DNA of 63,673 nt, the filler included, from Rhabdomonas costata (Eukaryota): assembly GCA_019059605.1 (NCBI GenBank). It is 37 parts of 37 records of this genome, joined end to end, with 100 filler letters (N's around TTAATTAATTAA, not from the genome) between each part and the next. Parts side by side here need not be neighbours in the genome. Positions count along the whole stretch, not along the records: positions 10,345 to 11,968 come from JAHMHO010011784.1; positions 12,069 to 13,694 come from JAHMHO010011785.1; positions 13,795 to 15,418 come from JAHMHO010011786.1; positions 15,519 to 17,142 come from JAHMHO010011787.1; positions 17,243 to 18,866 come from JAHMHO010011788.1; positions 18,967 to 20,589 come from JAHMHO010011789.1; positions 20,690 to 22,313 come from JAHMHO010011790.1; positions 22,414 to 24,032 come from JAHMHO010011791.1; 29 more parts are not named here. The stretch is one strand, 5' to 3'. The position numbers were made by a program, and so were the translations under genes. Numbering within the stretch: position 1 is the stretch's first letter; every line of letters begins with the position of its first letter. The notes under the pieces are model-generated. The model did no database searches and was not told the origin of the DNA. It worked only from the letters and a program-made list of their open reading frames with translations. Shown in pieces: positions 11,476-23,343 of this stretch.

Positions 11476-13430
11476 GTGCGCACATTCTTGAAGTTACCCA
11501 TAAGGAGTTTGCGGGTTTCTACGCGAGCCTTGAAGACAACGGCGAAAAACCAAGATCGGCGTTTTATCGTAGAATCCCGAACCTCACATTTGCTTTGAGT
11601 CACCACTTTGTACTGAAATCCTGGCAGTCTTTGTTAAGTTGCGTTGTTTGCGTGTTTCGCTATCTATCACCCCCTCGAAATGTGCTGGATCACGAACCAA
11701 ACACCAAACGAACCTGGACAAAACACCAAAGAGAAATCCGTGCGCTGCGAGGCGGTGGAACACGATGGACCATCAGATAAGAATATCCCCCTGGCCAACT
11801 CCGCGAAAGCCATCCACACAAATCAGTAGGTGGGTACGCAACGTTCCCCAAACCCGAAGCAAGAAACACCTAACGTAGTGGCTGGTGTCCTGTGCTCATT
11901 CATTTTTCCGCACTAGTACAAAAACCATAGCGTGCGAACGCTTGTGCATGCTCGGTTTATATTGCTTANNNNNNNNNNNNNNNNNNNNNNNNNNNNNNNN
12001 NNNNNNNNNNNNTTAATTAATTAANNNNNNNNNNNNNNNNNNNNNNNNNNNNNNNNNNNNNNNNNNNNGGTTTGGTGGCCTTTCTCTCTGGGTCTGTGTG
12101 CTTTGCGTACGAGGAGTCCAACGGTGGGATGGGACCGTGCGCTCACGTTTCCCTGTGAGTTCGGGGTCTGCTAGTCGTTGAGGTGCCCTACAACGCCTGC
12201 GGTAGGGTTGGGAGTTCAGACACAGGAAGCTCCTTTTCTTTTTGTTTGTGGTGTGGGTGAGAATGTATGGGTGTGGCTGCTCTGAGCTCTTGTGGATATG
12301 TCCTTGTGGCACCTTTCGGTAAATTACCATACACACGTCACACTTATCGATGCTCTTTGCGCTATGTGTCCCCAAACTTTTTAAGTGCGTATGCGAAAAG
12401 CACTTGTGCGCAAAAGAAAAATAGGTCAACTGCAAGTGCAGCGTCACACGACTCTGAAACACGTCCTAAAGTTTCTCCTATTTTTTTGCTGCAGTAATTG
12501 CACTGATTCACTTTCTCTGGACCTTAGGTAAAGAGTAGAGAAATTTCGAATATGCGCAATTTTATGTTTTTCAGGCTTTACCCACTGTAACCATCACAAC
12601 GAAGCTTTAGTATTTGCTGCGGTTGCTGTGTTTAATATTCTATGTTCTACGTTTACTTTTGTGTTTATTATTGTGGCATTCTATTCTTTCGGCATCTAAA
12701 TGAAAATGAAATATCCCATTTTTCAGCTTCTCTACCTGCCATGTTTTCGACCGAATTCCTTTGTCACGGTGGAGGCCACATCGTCATGTGGCCCCCACTC
12801 GCGCTCCTTCTCTCCCCTTTCAATCTTTGTTCCCATTTTTCCTGTTAATAATGATGCTCCTTTGTGTCCCCAGCTCAGTGCCCTCATCTGCCCTGCTGCC
12901 CTGCACGCTACCAAATCAAAACAAACCGTTTTGTTTCCCCTATCCTGCTCCCTTTTTGTGCGTCGCTGTCCTCCATTCTGGGTTCCTCCCTCTCTGATGC
13001 GCAGTGGCGTCACGGATGTCTTTCCTTTGTCTCTCGGTGGGCATTCAGGATCCCTTGGTGATGAGTCCCGTTGCCTTTCTTTCAGGTGCCCTGTGCTTCT
13101 CCCTGTCGGCACACGCCGAACTCCTGAACTCCGGTGATGATGATGTTGTTTCAGGCTCAATTTCTTTGTTGTTGCAGGTGTTCCAACTGACAGAGCAAAC
13201 AACGAGGTAAGTGACAAGGGTAACACCGTTCGGCACTTGATAGGTCCACGTGCATACAGTCGCAGGGGACCGACGGAGCTGATTTTTGTGGGCTGCAGGC
13301 GGCCATGTGCCAGTCGCCGAGCCCTTTTCGGCGTGGGTGGTTCGTTGTAAAATACGTTGTGGCTGCTGTCGTAAACCTTCCACTGTGTGGGGCAAGCAGC
13401 GCAAAGGGGTTATGAAAGAGCCGGGGCACC

Positions 13431-13526
13431 ACCGGCCGAGGGTGAAAGGTCGGGACCCTCCTGACCCCAAGGACCGGCCACGCAGCGTTTCGGGAGGCCT
13501 GATGTATATGTATACAAAGACCCCCC
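13431..13526. repeat. Dispersed repeat family A; reverse-complement copy at 56630-56714
   Basis: Both copies share ACCGGCCGAGGGTGAAAGGTC...TGACCCCAAGGASCGGCCACG...TTTCGGGAGGCCTG..GTAT..ATACAAA. Confidence 0.85.
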
Positions 13527-14275
13527 CTGCGCGTAGAGGCCTGCTTTTCTTGAACTTCTTGAACTTTGAGCCGGTCGGAAGATGTTTACAGAGAGAAGGA
13601 AAACCACTTTCCCCGTTTACACCTTCCAACAAAGCCTCCATTCCGACATTCACACATATTCCAACCGATTAAAAACCAACCCCAAACACCCCAANNNNNN
13701 NNNNNNNNNNNNNNNNNNNNNNNNNNNNNNNNNNNNNNTTAATTAATTAANNNNNNNNNNNNNNNNNNNNNNNNNNNNNNNNNNNNNNNNNNNNGTTGGG
13801 GTTTTTATCCTTGCTCGCACCTCTCTTCTCACTTGTACAGGAAACACCCCGGTTTCTCCCACTTCCAGGGTTTTGTGGCTGTTTCGTGCACTCCCACTCC
13901 TCTGTGTCCTCGTCCTCTGCTCTTCACTCTGTTACATTATTCCAAATTCTTTTGCTCTCTCTCTGCTTCTCTGCTTCTCTTGTTCGTGGACCATTGGACA
14001 ATAAACATTTGTTGTGACCTGACTTGCAGAGAAAAGAATATGCACCTGTGCACATGTTTTGGCGCAGGACTGGGAGAACACACAGTGCATTCCCTGCCGC
14101 ATCAAGTCCCTGGACCAGGAAACCAGCGTAGGTCGGCGCCCGACACCCTCCTCTCAACACTCAGCCTTTGTGTGAAAAGCCGGGTTCTCACTTGCTTCTT
14201 GTTTCGTTCTTCAGTTTTCCTTGCAGGTTTTCCGGCCGTTACGGAGGTCCAGGTTCGAAACCGTGCCTTTCCCTC

Positions 14276-14412
14276 AAACCCTCCGGCTGCAGCGAGCAAG
14301 AACCGACACAAGATTGTACAACATACTTGAGCCGCCAAAAATGGAAGCTGGCCTGGGGTGCAAGGACCAGCGCACAGCCGTATCCTGTGCTTCAGCTTAA
14401 GCCCGAGTGTTT
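14276..14412. repeat. Dispersed repeat family B; same-strand copy at 35098-35249
   Basis: Both copies share AAACCCTC.GGCTGC.GCG.GCAAGAA...CACAAGAT...TGAGCCGCCAAAAATGGAA...CTGGCCTGGGGTGCAAGGACCA...CCTGTGCTTC. Confidence 0.88.
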
Positions 14413-14743
14413 TAATGCTGTTGCATGACTTGTGCTTATTTTGTGTGCTATTCCCTGGAGATATGGACCCCCTCTTGGGCCTACCGGACCGGCGTGAGGC
14501 TCCCCTGGTATCCCCCTGGGATGACGATGCTCCTGAAACGAGTTGTGCTATCCTGGTTTTCGGCTAAACTCGAAGGCTCTTTCGGCCAGCCATGTCGTTG
14601 GCCTTTTTGTAACTCTGTTTGTTTGTGCAGGTATTAATCTGTGAAATTCCTTCGTTCCTTAGTTTGTTCGAGCTTGAGCTAAGAAAGCAGAAGCCGTCTT
14701 TTGTGAGGTTTTCAGAGCGTTTACGCTCCTATCGTGATCTTAG

Positions 14744-15118
14744 AACGCAACGTTGTTGGCCTGAAGCTGGACGTCAGCGCCGTCCTGCTGAGCGTGCTGC
14801 GCCCACACTTCCCTGGGCTGCACAGCATGAACCTCCCCCGCAACTCCACCGCGGGGGCCCACGGGGTGTTCGCCACCCCGGAGGCAGCCCAGGCCGCCAT
14901 GAACAGACCCACGGATCAGAGGATCTGCCAGGCCTGGGTCCACGTCGGCCCTGTGGAGAGGAAGGAGCCTTCCTCCTCAGGCAGTACAGAGCAGCAGCAG
15001 CAACAGCAGAAGGCGGAGGAGGAAGGGGAGCGGAAGTCGGTACGGTTTCAGGGCGATGCTTCCGAGCAGCCGAAGCTGCCGCGGTCGCAGCTGAAGAAGC
15101 GTAAGCTCAACTCGCCCG
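14744..15118 (+). CDS. Exon of a possible RRM-containing protein with a polyQ/charged tail
   Basis: AHGVFATPEAAQAAM resembles RNP1 plus helix 2; bounded by TAG and GTGCGC. Confidence 0.5.
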
Positions 15119-16259
15119 GTGCGCATTTGGATGGCAAATGGAAAGAAATACAGAAAAAGCAACCTTGTTGCTGTGAAAAAGAATGATAATGTGATGGCAA
15201 AAGCACTTCAAATCACATTCTGGGCACAGTGGTAGCAATTTGGAGTTGGCCAATTAGCTTGGCCGGTGGCGTTTGCTGAACATTATAAACCCCTGACTGA
15301 TGTCGTTTCATGCCGGACACATACGCACCATACGCAGCCCACCAGCGCATAAGACATGGTATTATTCCATGTGCAAGGCGCAGGGTCGGCCTTTTTCTTT
15401 TTCAGATGCACAAAAACCNNNNNNNNNNNNNNNNNNNNNNNNNNNNNNNNNNNNNNNNNNNNTTAATTAATTAANNNNNNNNNNNNNNNNNNNNNNNNNN
15501 NNNNNNNNNNNNNNNNNNATTAAAGAATTATATGGTTGCAATTGTGCATTGTTTTCAAAACACTCAGGCATTCAGAGACTCAATAATTTGCGCGCGACTT
15601 TCCATAGTCGGTTCACGGATATTTACCCATTTATGTCACGAGGGACCACATAATAAAACACAAGCCCATAGTATTATTTAGTATTATTATTTATAAAGGA
15701 CCAAAAACAAAACGCAGATGAATAGACGAGGTTGCTGAACAATACCAAATGTTAGGAGATAAGCTTTGACTTTTCAGTCTGCTACAAAGTTTTGAAAGAT
15801 GATGCTAAAGTTGCATAACATCTGAAAAATATATTGAATAAATGGTTTGCGTTGATGCTTTGCATAACGGAACGAGGTGCGGACATGTACGTACATGCTT
15901 CAATAGAAAGACGTACAGGAAAAATAAGCGCTCAAACATGATTACTGACTGTCAACGTTTGCACGTCTTACCAAGCGCGCTTTACATGTTAGGCTAGAAA
16001 TATCGAATCATTTCCGTAGATTCAACCAAACTATTGAGTGCGAAAACAAAATAAATGCTTGGTTGTGTGGTATGTTGAAACCATCAACAACAACACATTA
16101 ATATATGGCCTGCAAAAATTACTCAAATATTGTAGGTATTTATTCATTGTGGAAAGCGAATGTTATAGCTCTTGGGCAGTCAATGGTGGAGCACCAGGTA
16201 TTATCCACGTGTTTGTGGTGATAGCAAATGCAGCCTTTTCTTTCGCACTCAAAAGATTT

Positions 16260-16600
16260 TTTCCGGTTTTGTCAGACGGTTACAAATAGCCGTACAGCCA
16301 CTCGTGGAATACTATCACGACCAGGAATGGCGCTATTAAGAATAGCTCAAACGATGATTGAAAACTGATGACGAGGAGGTGATGGAACTTATTGCCTGGC
16401 AGATGGAGGTTTATCATGAGAAAGATGATGGCGAACAGTAGCCTATGAAACATTCAGTTCCTTAGCTATTGTTGATAGCGGTTGATGTGATTTGATGTGA
16501 TTTTCCTTGCCGGTGCCAATCACATGAGCAAAGTAAAAACCGATGTCCGTCATCCTGCCGTTGGGGCATACATAACGAACTGGATGCATGGCAGATGCGC
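16260..16600 (+). mobile_element. Highly decayed CACTA/EnSpm (Tnp2)-like transposase relic
   Basis: Collinear fragments across frames: VLSDGY..Y.HSW, DEEVMELIAWQM, VDVI*CDFP, CPSSC; many stops; AT-rich contig with no intron structure. Confidence 0.35.
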
Positions 16601-18199
16601 CAGAAACAACACAAAAGAAGAAGCAAACAAAGAACAAATGTTACTTTGTACCAGAGCAAACAGCAGAAATGCGAAGGTATCACAAAACATTTGCGGGATG
16701 TATGGCAACCTATCGCTAAAGACGCCTGTCTTGTTTCAAGTCCCTCCGGTCCCGGCGTATAATAACAAGCTTGCTTGCAAACACAGACGCGTAGGGCGAC
16801 TCAAAAAGTTTCACAACAGCACCGTTCAGCTCTTCAATCAGACCAAGAGAACAATATCGGACTTTGAGCCCTGATTTCAAAATCCGCGGCTACATTGGGC
16901 GGTGCACATGATTGCGCCCGTATTTTATTGCAAGGCGGCAACACGTACAGCAGAGTCAAGCTAACGGCGGGATTTGCGTGCTCCATGGCAGACTGCGAAG
17001 CGTGGCCACGGTTGGGTCCTCAGCGCCAGCTGGTGGGACGGACAGTTTTATCACTTGTTAGTGGGCTTTCCATAATAATTATCGTGAAAGGATCGATTTA
17101 CCATGGGGTACCACTCATCACGGCCCTCGCACACACAACCACNNNNNNNNNNNNNNNNNNNNNNNNNNNNNNNNNNNNNNNNNNNNTTAATTAATTAANN
17201 NNNNNNNNNNNNNNNNNNNNNNNNNNNNNNNNNNNNNNNNNNGGCGCCACAGAAGTGTGGTTGGGGGGCCGCCTAAGGGCGCCGGGCGCAGACTGCCTCC
17301 TGGCGTATAGGGAGTTACTCCCCGCCACGGAGTCTCGAGGGTGGGCCATTAGAATCTGAGGTGGGAAGTGGGCGCTGACACTCAAAAGTAAATGCAAAAG
17401 GAAAATCGCCCCACACACAAACACACGCGAATCAAAGAAATTAAAAAAAGCAAGCACTAAAGTGAGGGCTGAGGAGCAAAATAAAAGTGCAGTACGGTGC
17501 GCCTTCTTGGTTCCCTGACCGCGAATATGCTCAAAAGGGAGGATTGCATCACAGACGGCCAAATTTTTGCGCCGCACGAAGCATCGCTTGACAAAGCCAC
17601 GTCATGCAACCACCAACGCAATGTTGGCGAGAGGGGGCATCGATAAAGCTAAAGCGATAGGGCAGCTTTCAAAGAAAGAGCAACGGTCTCAAGCAGGGGG
17701 CATGCGCTTTAACGAAACACAGTGCGCACATGCAGATGTGATAGTTTAAAAATTCTCGCTCTCCTGAGGCAGAGCAACGCCGTCCCTTGGAAATGGCTAT
17801 TTGCCGCATACTCCTGTGGTTGTTTTTATCGGAGAGGGGATAAAACAAAACCCCCCAAAATTACAGAGGAGCGGATCCTTTGGAAGAAGAACTTGTAAGC
17901 ATTTTTCTTCTCTTCGACCCGCTTCCCTCAAATCTTACTGAGGGTAATCATTTTTCGCTTTTTGAATTCTGGAATCCGCGGAGAAGCAAAACAAAAAAGG
18001 CAATAAGCACGGAGGCACGGCCCAAGCATGCCGCGCAACACGCTGACACACTAGACTGAGCGTCCGGAGCCAAACACAAAGAGTGCACCCAACTGGGCAA
18101 AAGAGAAAATGTTCGCACCGTTCCAACCCCCCCCCTCCTCGATCCCTCTCACATTCTCTGTTCACCTTCTCTCTCTCTCTCCTTCACTGGCGTCGGTAC

Positions 18200-18482
18200 T
18201 GAGCCCCAATTGCAAACAGGGCGGCGGCAAAAGTTAGCTGCAGGATCCATTCTGGCAGGGTCAGAGCCAGCATGCTCCCTCCGTACGCTCCGCAGGCCGT
18301 GCCGAGCAGCAGCCAGGGAATCGCAGAGACCTTCACATTTCCCTTCCGGTGGTAGCCAAGCACCCCGACGAAGGAAGGCAGCACCATTCCTGCCAAGGCG
18401 GTGCCCTGGGCAAGATGCTGCGGCATTCCCGCCAGCGCTAGCACAGGGACCATCGCAATACCTCCACCAACGCCCATAAGTC
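18200..18482 (-). CDS. TauE/SafE (TSUP) family membrane transporter exon
   Basis: GLMGVGGGIAMVPVL...PQHLAQGTALAGMV...YHRKGNV...GAYGGSMLA..LPEWILQ; TAG acceptor, GTACCG donor. Confidence 0.88.
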
Positions 18483-19329
18483 CTATGCCCCCAAAGTCGC
18501 AATATCCACTGCGACCGTTGACTTGACATTTACTTCTCACTGACTGGTGGACGATCTGAGACGATATTTTTACAGTGCAAAATTGACTCCAATTTTTTTT
18601 AAACAAAAACGCACCTGATTTTTCAAAAGCATGTGGTATTTGCAAAGAAGTGAAAAGACAAAAATGAGGAAAATTCAAAATTAAACACCTGTAACACCAC
18701 ACGCCGACAAAAGACGTTCGTCGAAAAAGGTGTTTCTATGAAAAAGCCAATAATGCCAAATGCGGTTGGCGTGAACGAATGAGAGGCAGAGAAAACGAGA
18801 GAGCACCTGACAGGAACCCCGAGAGGGTCCCGATGCCCCCGACTGTTGCGTAGAATCCCGGGGTGTNNNNNNNNNNNNNNNNNNNNNNNNNNNNNNNNNN
18901 NNNNNNNNNNTTAATTAATTAANNNNNNNNNNNNNNNNNNNNNNNNNNNNNNNNNNNNNNNNNNNNGTGGTTTTTGGGCTTAAAGCAACCTGCTACCGCC
19001 TTTTGTGTCCCATTCACAACCTTCCATGTTGGACATTAAGAGGTTGAACCTTATATATATAGATAAAAAGGTCGAATCTAATCGAGATTGGAACCGGCAA
19101 CCCATTGCAGGAGATGCCCATTGCAATGCTCTTAATCACTTAAAGGTGTGCGCCCAAAGGCCCCCAGGCAACCAACCGCCGTGCGCGGCGTTTGCCTGGA
19201 CGCGGAACGGCCCAAAGGAAGCGAAAGGTCGCAGGGCAAGCCAATGCCCTATTGGCTGAGCAATCGAGGCAAGCCACACTTCAACCCATCCAGTTAACCA
19301 CTGTCATTCAAGAATGCCAACCAGCGGAT

Positions 19330-19545
19330 AATCCGAAGAGCAGCGGTATTGCCCAAGTGAAAGGACAAAATCCGCACATCAAATGAAATGAATCCAATTC
19401 GGCTGTATCGAAATGATCACCGAATCTCGGATATATCTCCTGCCCCCTAACCTCCTGCGAGACCAAAAGTACCTCCTCGGGAACACGCGCAACGCCCCCA
19501 CCCTGTAACAGCTTGGGCGGCGGAGCGCCCAAGACACCTTTGTCC
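19330..19545 (-). pseudogene. Histone H4-like frameshifted relic
   Basis: Collinear ALRR, GGVARV, IRDSV, DV-x7-GNT, LFG versus H4 AIRR, GGVKRI, IRDAV, DV-x7-GRT, LYG; requires several frameshifts. Confidence 0.45.
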
Positions 19546-19926
19546 TTTTGACCACAAAAGTCCTATTTGGATGATGCACTGCCCTTAAGCCATGCATGTC
19601 GCCTTCGACCAGGGGGTGCGTATTCGTATTAGGGGGTGCATATTCGTCAGAAGCATAAATCTTAATGCCAATTAATACAACGGCGAAACCCTTCTTTTCA
19701 CCAGGACATTAATGGAAGACGACATTTTTGAAGCTAGATCGGGCAGGCATAAAAATAGCAAAGCTGCCAACCAGCCACAATTAAAGGGAGAAACCAAGCC
19801 AAGCAATGCTCCCGTCAATCCAAAATCCCAGCAAATGGAAACGTGTCACACAGCCAAAAACTTGTTGTGGCTGCACAGTTGCAATGCAGTCCACCCACTG
19901 AGCAGGTTCATGTCCACAAGCCCATA

Positions 19927-20058
19927 TCATTTTCGCTTTTTGAGCGCCTCCCTTCGTCGGCTTCTTGGGTCTTTGCAGATTGCCTTCCTTGACGCATTCG
20001 CCTTTTTTGATGACTTTGCCTTTTTCGATGGCTTCGGCTTCCTCGATCTTTTGGCCAT
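19927..20058 (-). CDS. 43-aa Lys/Arg/Ser/Ala-rich small basic protein (H1- or histone-tail-like)
   Basis: ATG to TGA: MAKRSRKPKPSKKAKSSKKANASRKAICKDPRSRRREALKKRK; shorter than the ORF-track cutoff. Confidence 0.45.
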   Translation of the reverse strand: MAKRSRKPKPSKKAKSSKKANASRKAICKDPRSRRREALKKRK

Positions 20059-20875
20059 TGTTATCCGCTGTGCAAAATTGGAAAGCAGCTCGGCACATGC
20101 GCGATTCCAAGCTCCAAAGGACTTGATGGCTTTGCTGCTGTGCGGCTGTCAAAAGTATACGAAGGTATTCAAAACACAAGGGGAGGCACTCCCCTCGTGG
20201 GCACCATCTCCTAAAATACTGTCAAAGAAAAAACTGTCCAAAATAAATAGAGTGATATGCATTCAACGCGGCTGTCTACTGAATCAAGACCATTGCAAGC
20301 AATGTTCAGTATGGATATCTATCTGACCAAGTTTCCGTGCACGTGTGTCGGGCTCTTCCAAAACTCGCGTTCGACTGTTCGACTGTAGTGATCGGGTTGT
20401 GACCCCAAGAAAGAACAGGACGCAAGGCGACAAAAAAGGAACCACTGACTCTTACCAGAGGGGTTCTTCCAGCTTGCTTGCAACATTCAAGGCTTTTCTC
20501 GATGTAAGGCTGAGAAAGAAAAAACCGAGAAACCTGAAACTACAGAAAACCAGAATGGCAGGACCGATGCTTTGGCCATTCAATTGAAANNNNNNNNNNN
20601 NNNNNNNNNNNNNNNNNNNNNNNNNNNNNNNNNTTAATTAATTAANNNNNNNNNNNNNNNNNNNNNNNNNNNNNNNNNNNNNNNNNNNNTGTTTGTTTGC
20701 GCACTTCCCACAATTGTCGAATCAACGGCTTAAAAAAAATAACAAGGAATTTCTCGTCCATTATGGGAAGTGCGCAAACAAGTGCCTTTTCGTATCCATT
20801 CAGCAGTTATTGGATTCGTGTTACTGGGACGCAACTCCTGCAGATACAACTCGGATTATCCTTTGCCTCTTTCAG

Positions 20876-21244
20876 GTGCAGTTCCACCGCGAGTCCATGC
20901 TTCCTGCAGGGAGCAAGTACTGTGGCTGGTTGGAGCGCATCCGTTTTAGGCGGCAGGCCGTGTACCAGATCGCGTCGACCCACTTAGTGCCGATCTCGGC
21001 ACCAACGATGTGGGTGAAGGTGTTCCGCGGCGCACGGAAGCTCCACAAGGAGGCCCTTGCAGCGGGCTTGACGGACGAGTTCCTCTTGTCGACGACCTTG
21101 GAGGTTTATGTGGCGACCAAAAAGACCCGCAATGCCCCTCAAGCTGGAAACGCCCAAGCTGGAAACACCTCGTGGGAAGGACTCATCAACTTGGTCAAGG
21201 ATAATTTCCGCCTCGAAGGTGGACTGGCACAGTCTGCAACCTAA
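20876..21244 (+). CDS. Hypothetical protein, terminal exon
   Basis: Pyrimidine tract plus CAG acceptor, then a GC-rich open frame VQFHRESML...GGLAQSAT ending in TAA. Confidence 0.55.
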   Translation: MQFHRESMLPAGSKYCGWLERIRFRRQAVYQIASTHLVPISAPTMWVKVFRGARKLHKEALAAGLTDEFLLSTTLEVYVATKKTRNAPQAGNAQAGNTSWEGLINLVKDNFRLEGGLAQSAT

Positions 21245-22668
21245 TGTGCTGGAAGGTCTTGAACCAAAAACATGCGGAGTGACTGAAAGCGGCAATCTGT
21301 GTGACGGCTCCTGCTGTGTTGTTTTCCTTCTTGTCTCGGGAACAGAGAAGCAGTTTCCAAACCACATCCTGCGCAAAGGGTTCCGTGAGCGCCAGGGGTG
21401 TGGTGTGGGCTTGCTGAAATACCCTCGGCCTTCCTAATCGCCTCCTCCATTGCCAGGGATCGTTTCGCCATTATTGTTGCGGCTGCCATTTTCAATCACC
21501 TCGCGTGGCCCGTCGCCGCCATTTCGGGACGCCGCCGCTAGTGGCTTCCCATCGGCCCACCCAGGATGCTTCAACGTAATTGAGAAGAAATAGGTAAAAA
21601 CACACAATCGAAATCTTTTGCAGGAGAGCATAGGGACGTTGTTTCATCGAGAACTGGGACCATCCTTGGATTCAATCCATTAAGATGACAGTGGGCGCAT
21701 AAACAGAGTGTCACACTCCAACTCTGCGGCGGGAACTCAAGCTGGACGGGAGCTTGACCTTGCTTGCACGAAGTGGGCGCTGCCTCGGCTTACCTAGGTG
21801 TCTTGAAACCTAGAACGGGGCGGAGGTTTCTTCCGTTCGTCCGTTCGTCCGGGGGTCGCTCTGGTGCTCTCTGCGGGCGTCGCCTTTCTGAAACGGGGGC
21901 GGTGGTGCCAACCACTTTTCGATTTACCCGGCGTAAATCTGGCGACCTCTGGGGGCACTACTCTGCAGACCAGGGGGGGTCACTTGTCGCTCGTGACGGC
22001 TGCTTTGGGCACAGGGGGGTCTTTGGCCGGGCCTTGGTGCTCACACCTTCTGGGCTGTGGAGGGGTTTCGCTGGGCGGTTCTCGCCGCATATGCCTTTCC
22101 CCAATCTCCCACCCCAAAAGAAGGCTGTGGAAGGGGCACGCGACCGCACACAGGCACACCCGGTTATGTCTTCACCGCGCTAACGCCGCTCCCTTTTTCA
22201 CCCCTCTCCCTCTGCTGTTGCCTCGGGTCTCCGCGGCTCTCGCCGGCGGTTTCTCTGTGGTTCTGCTGCACCTCCTCTTTAAAAACACAATTAAACACAA
22301 ATTCAAAAAACCCNNNNNNNNNNNNNNNNNNNNNNNNNNNNNNNNNNNNNNNNNNNNTTAATTAATTAANNNNNNNNNNNNNNNNNNNNNNNNNNNNNNN
22401 NNNNNNNNNNNNNGGTTTTTCGGGTGGGGTAACCATAAAACATTCGAAAAACCAGAAGAAACCAGAGAAGAAAAACCAGGTTCTGGGTTCACGTGTAATG
22501 TGCTTTAACAATTGGAATGTCTATGCCTCCGGGTTCAAAATCCATCCTGGCATCCTGATAGCCGCAGACAGAAAGTTCCTGCTTAAGGGTGAGGAAGCGA
22601 ACTCAGTGGGCCACAGATGTACACAGAGAGGCAGATGGCGCGTAGTGAAGGGGAGAGATGGCGAATGC

Positions 22669-23343
22669 CTTGCGAATCAGCTCGCGCGAGGGCGCGGCCA
22701 TCCCCGTTCCCTCGACGTTGAGGTCCACAATGCGGCGGTTGTGCTTCAGCATCGGCAGAAGCTGTGCACAACGAAGAAAGACACAATTTGCCCCCCATGC
22801 CCTGTATTCTATGCGTGGGCGAGGACACTACCATAGTGCAAATGCGGGCACATGCACACTCACACACACAAACAGCGGCTGATGATCAAGGATACTCACT
22901 CACACCAATGAGGAAATGGAGGTTCTCTTGGCGGCTGATGACGGCCTGAAATTACTTGGTCACTGAGGTACCCCCATACTCAGCTTATCATTCTGGTTAT
23001 AAAAAATATCCAAATCATCTTCCAGAAGATTCGGACATTCCCTCAACAGTTGCCACCGTATAACGTCTCCCCTCCCCCCCATCATCAGCAAATCAATCAA
23101 TCTAATCAATCCAATCAATAAAGAAAGAAAGAAAGAAAGAGGAAGGAAGGAAAGGAAAGGAAGAGAGAGAGAGCTATGCACCAGCTTAGCCGCGCTGAAG
23201 CCGAGATTGAGGTTGCTAGCGAGGCTGATGGACTTTAGGGTGGGGTGGTCCAGCGCCAGCCCCACCAGTTCCTTCACAGACTCGTTGCGGAAGGTGGTGT
23301 TGTCTAGCACCAGGCGCTCCAGCTTCAGGCACATCCGGCACAC
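22669..23343 (-). CDS. Leucine-rich-repeat (RI-like) protein, partial (exons 23343-23182, 22761-22669)
   Basis: LERLVLDNTTFRNESV...HPTLKSISLASNLNLG...LLPMLKHNRRIVDLNVEGTGM; reminiscent of the N-terminal LRR of trypanosomatid calpain-like and PKA-R proteins. Confidence 0.75.

Noticed and set aside
11511..11580. 12-bp imperfect inverted repeat (CGTAGAATCCCG, also at about 18849) as a mini-transposon
   Set aside because: Too short to distinguish from chance without a genome-wide count.
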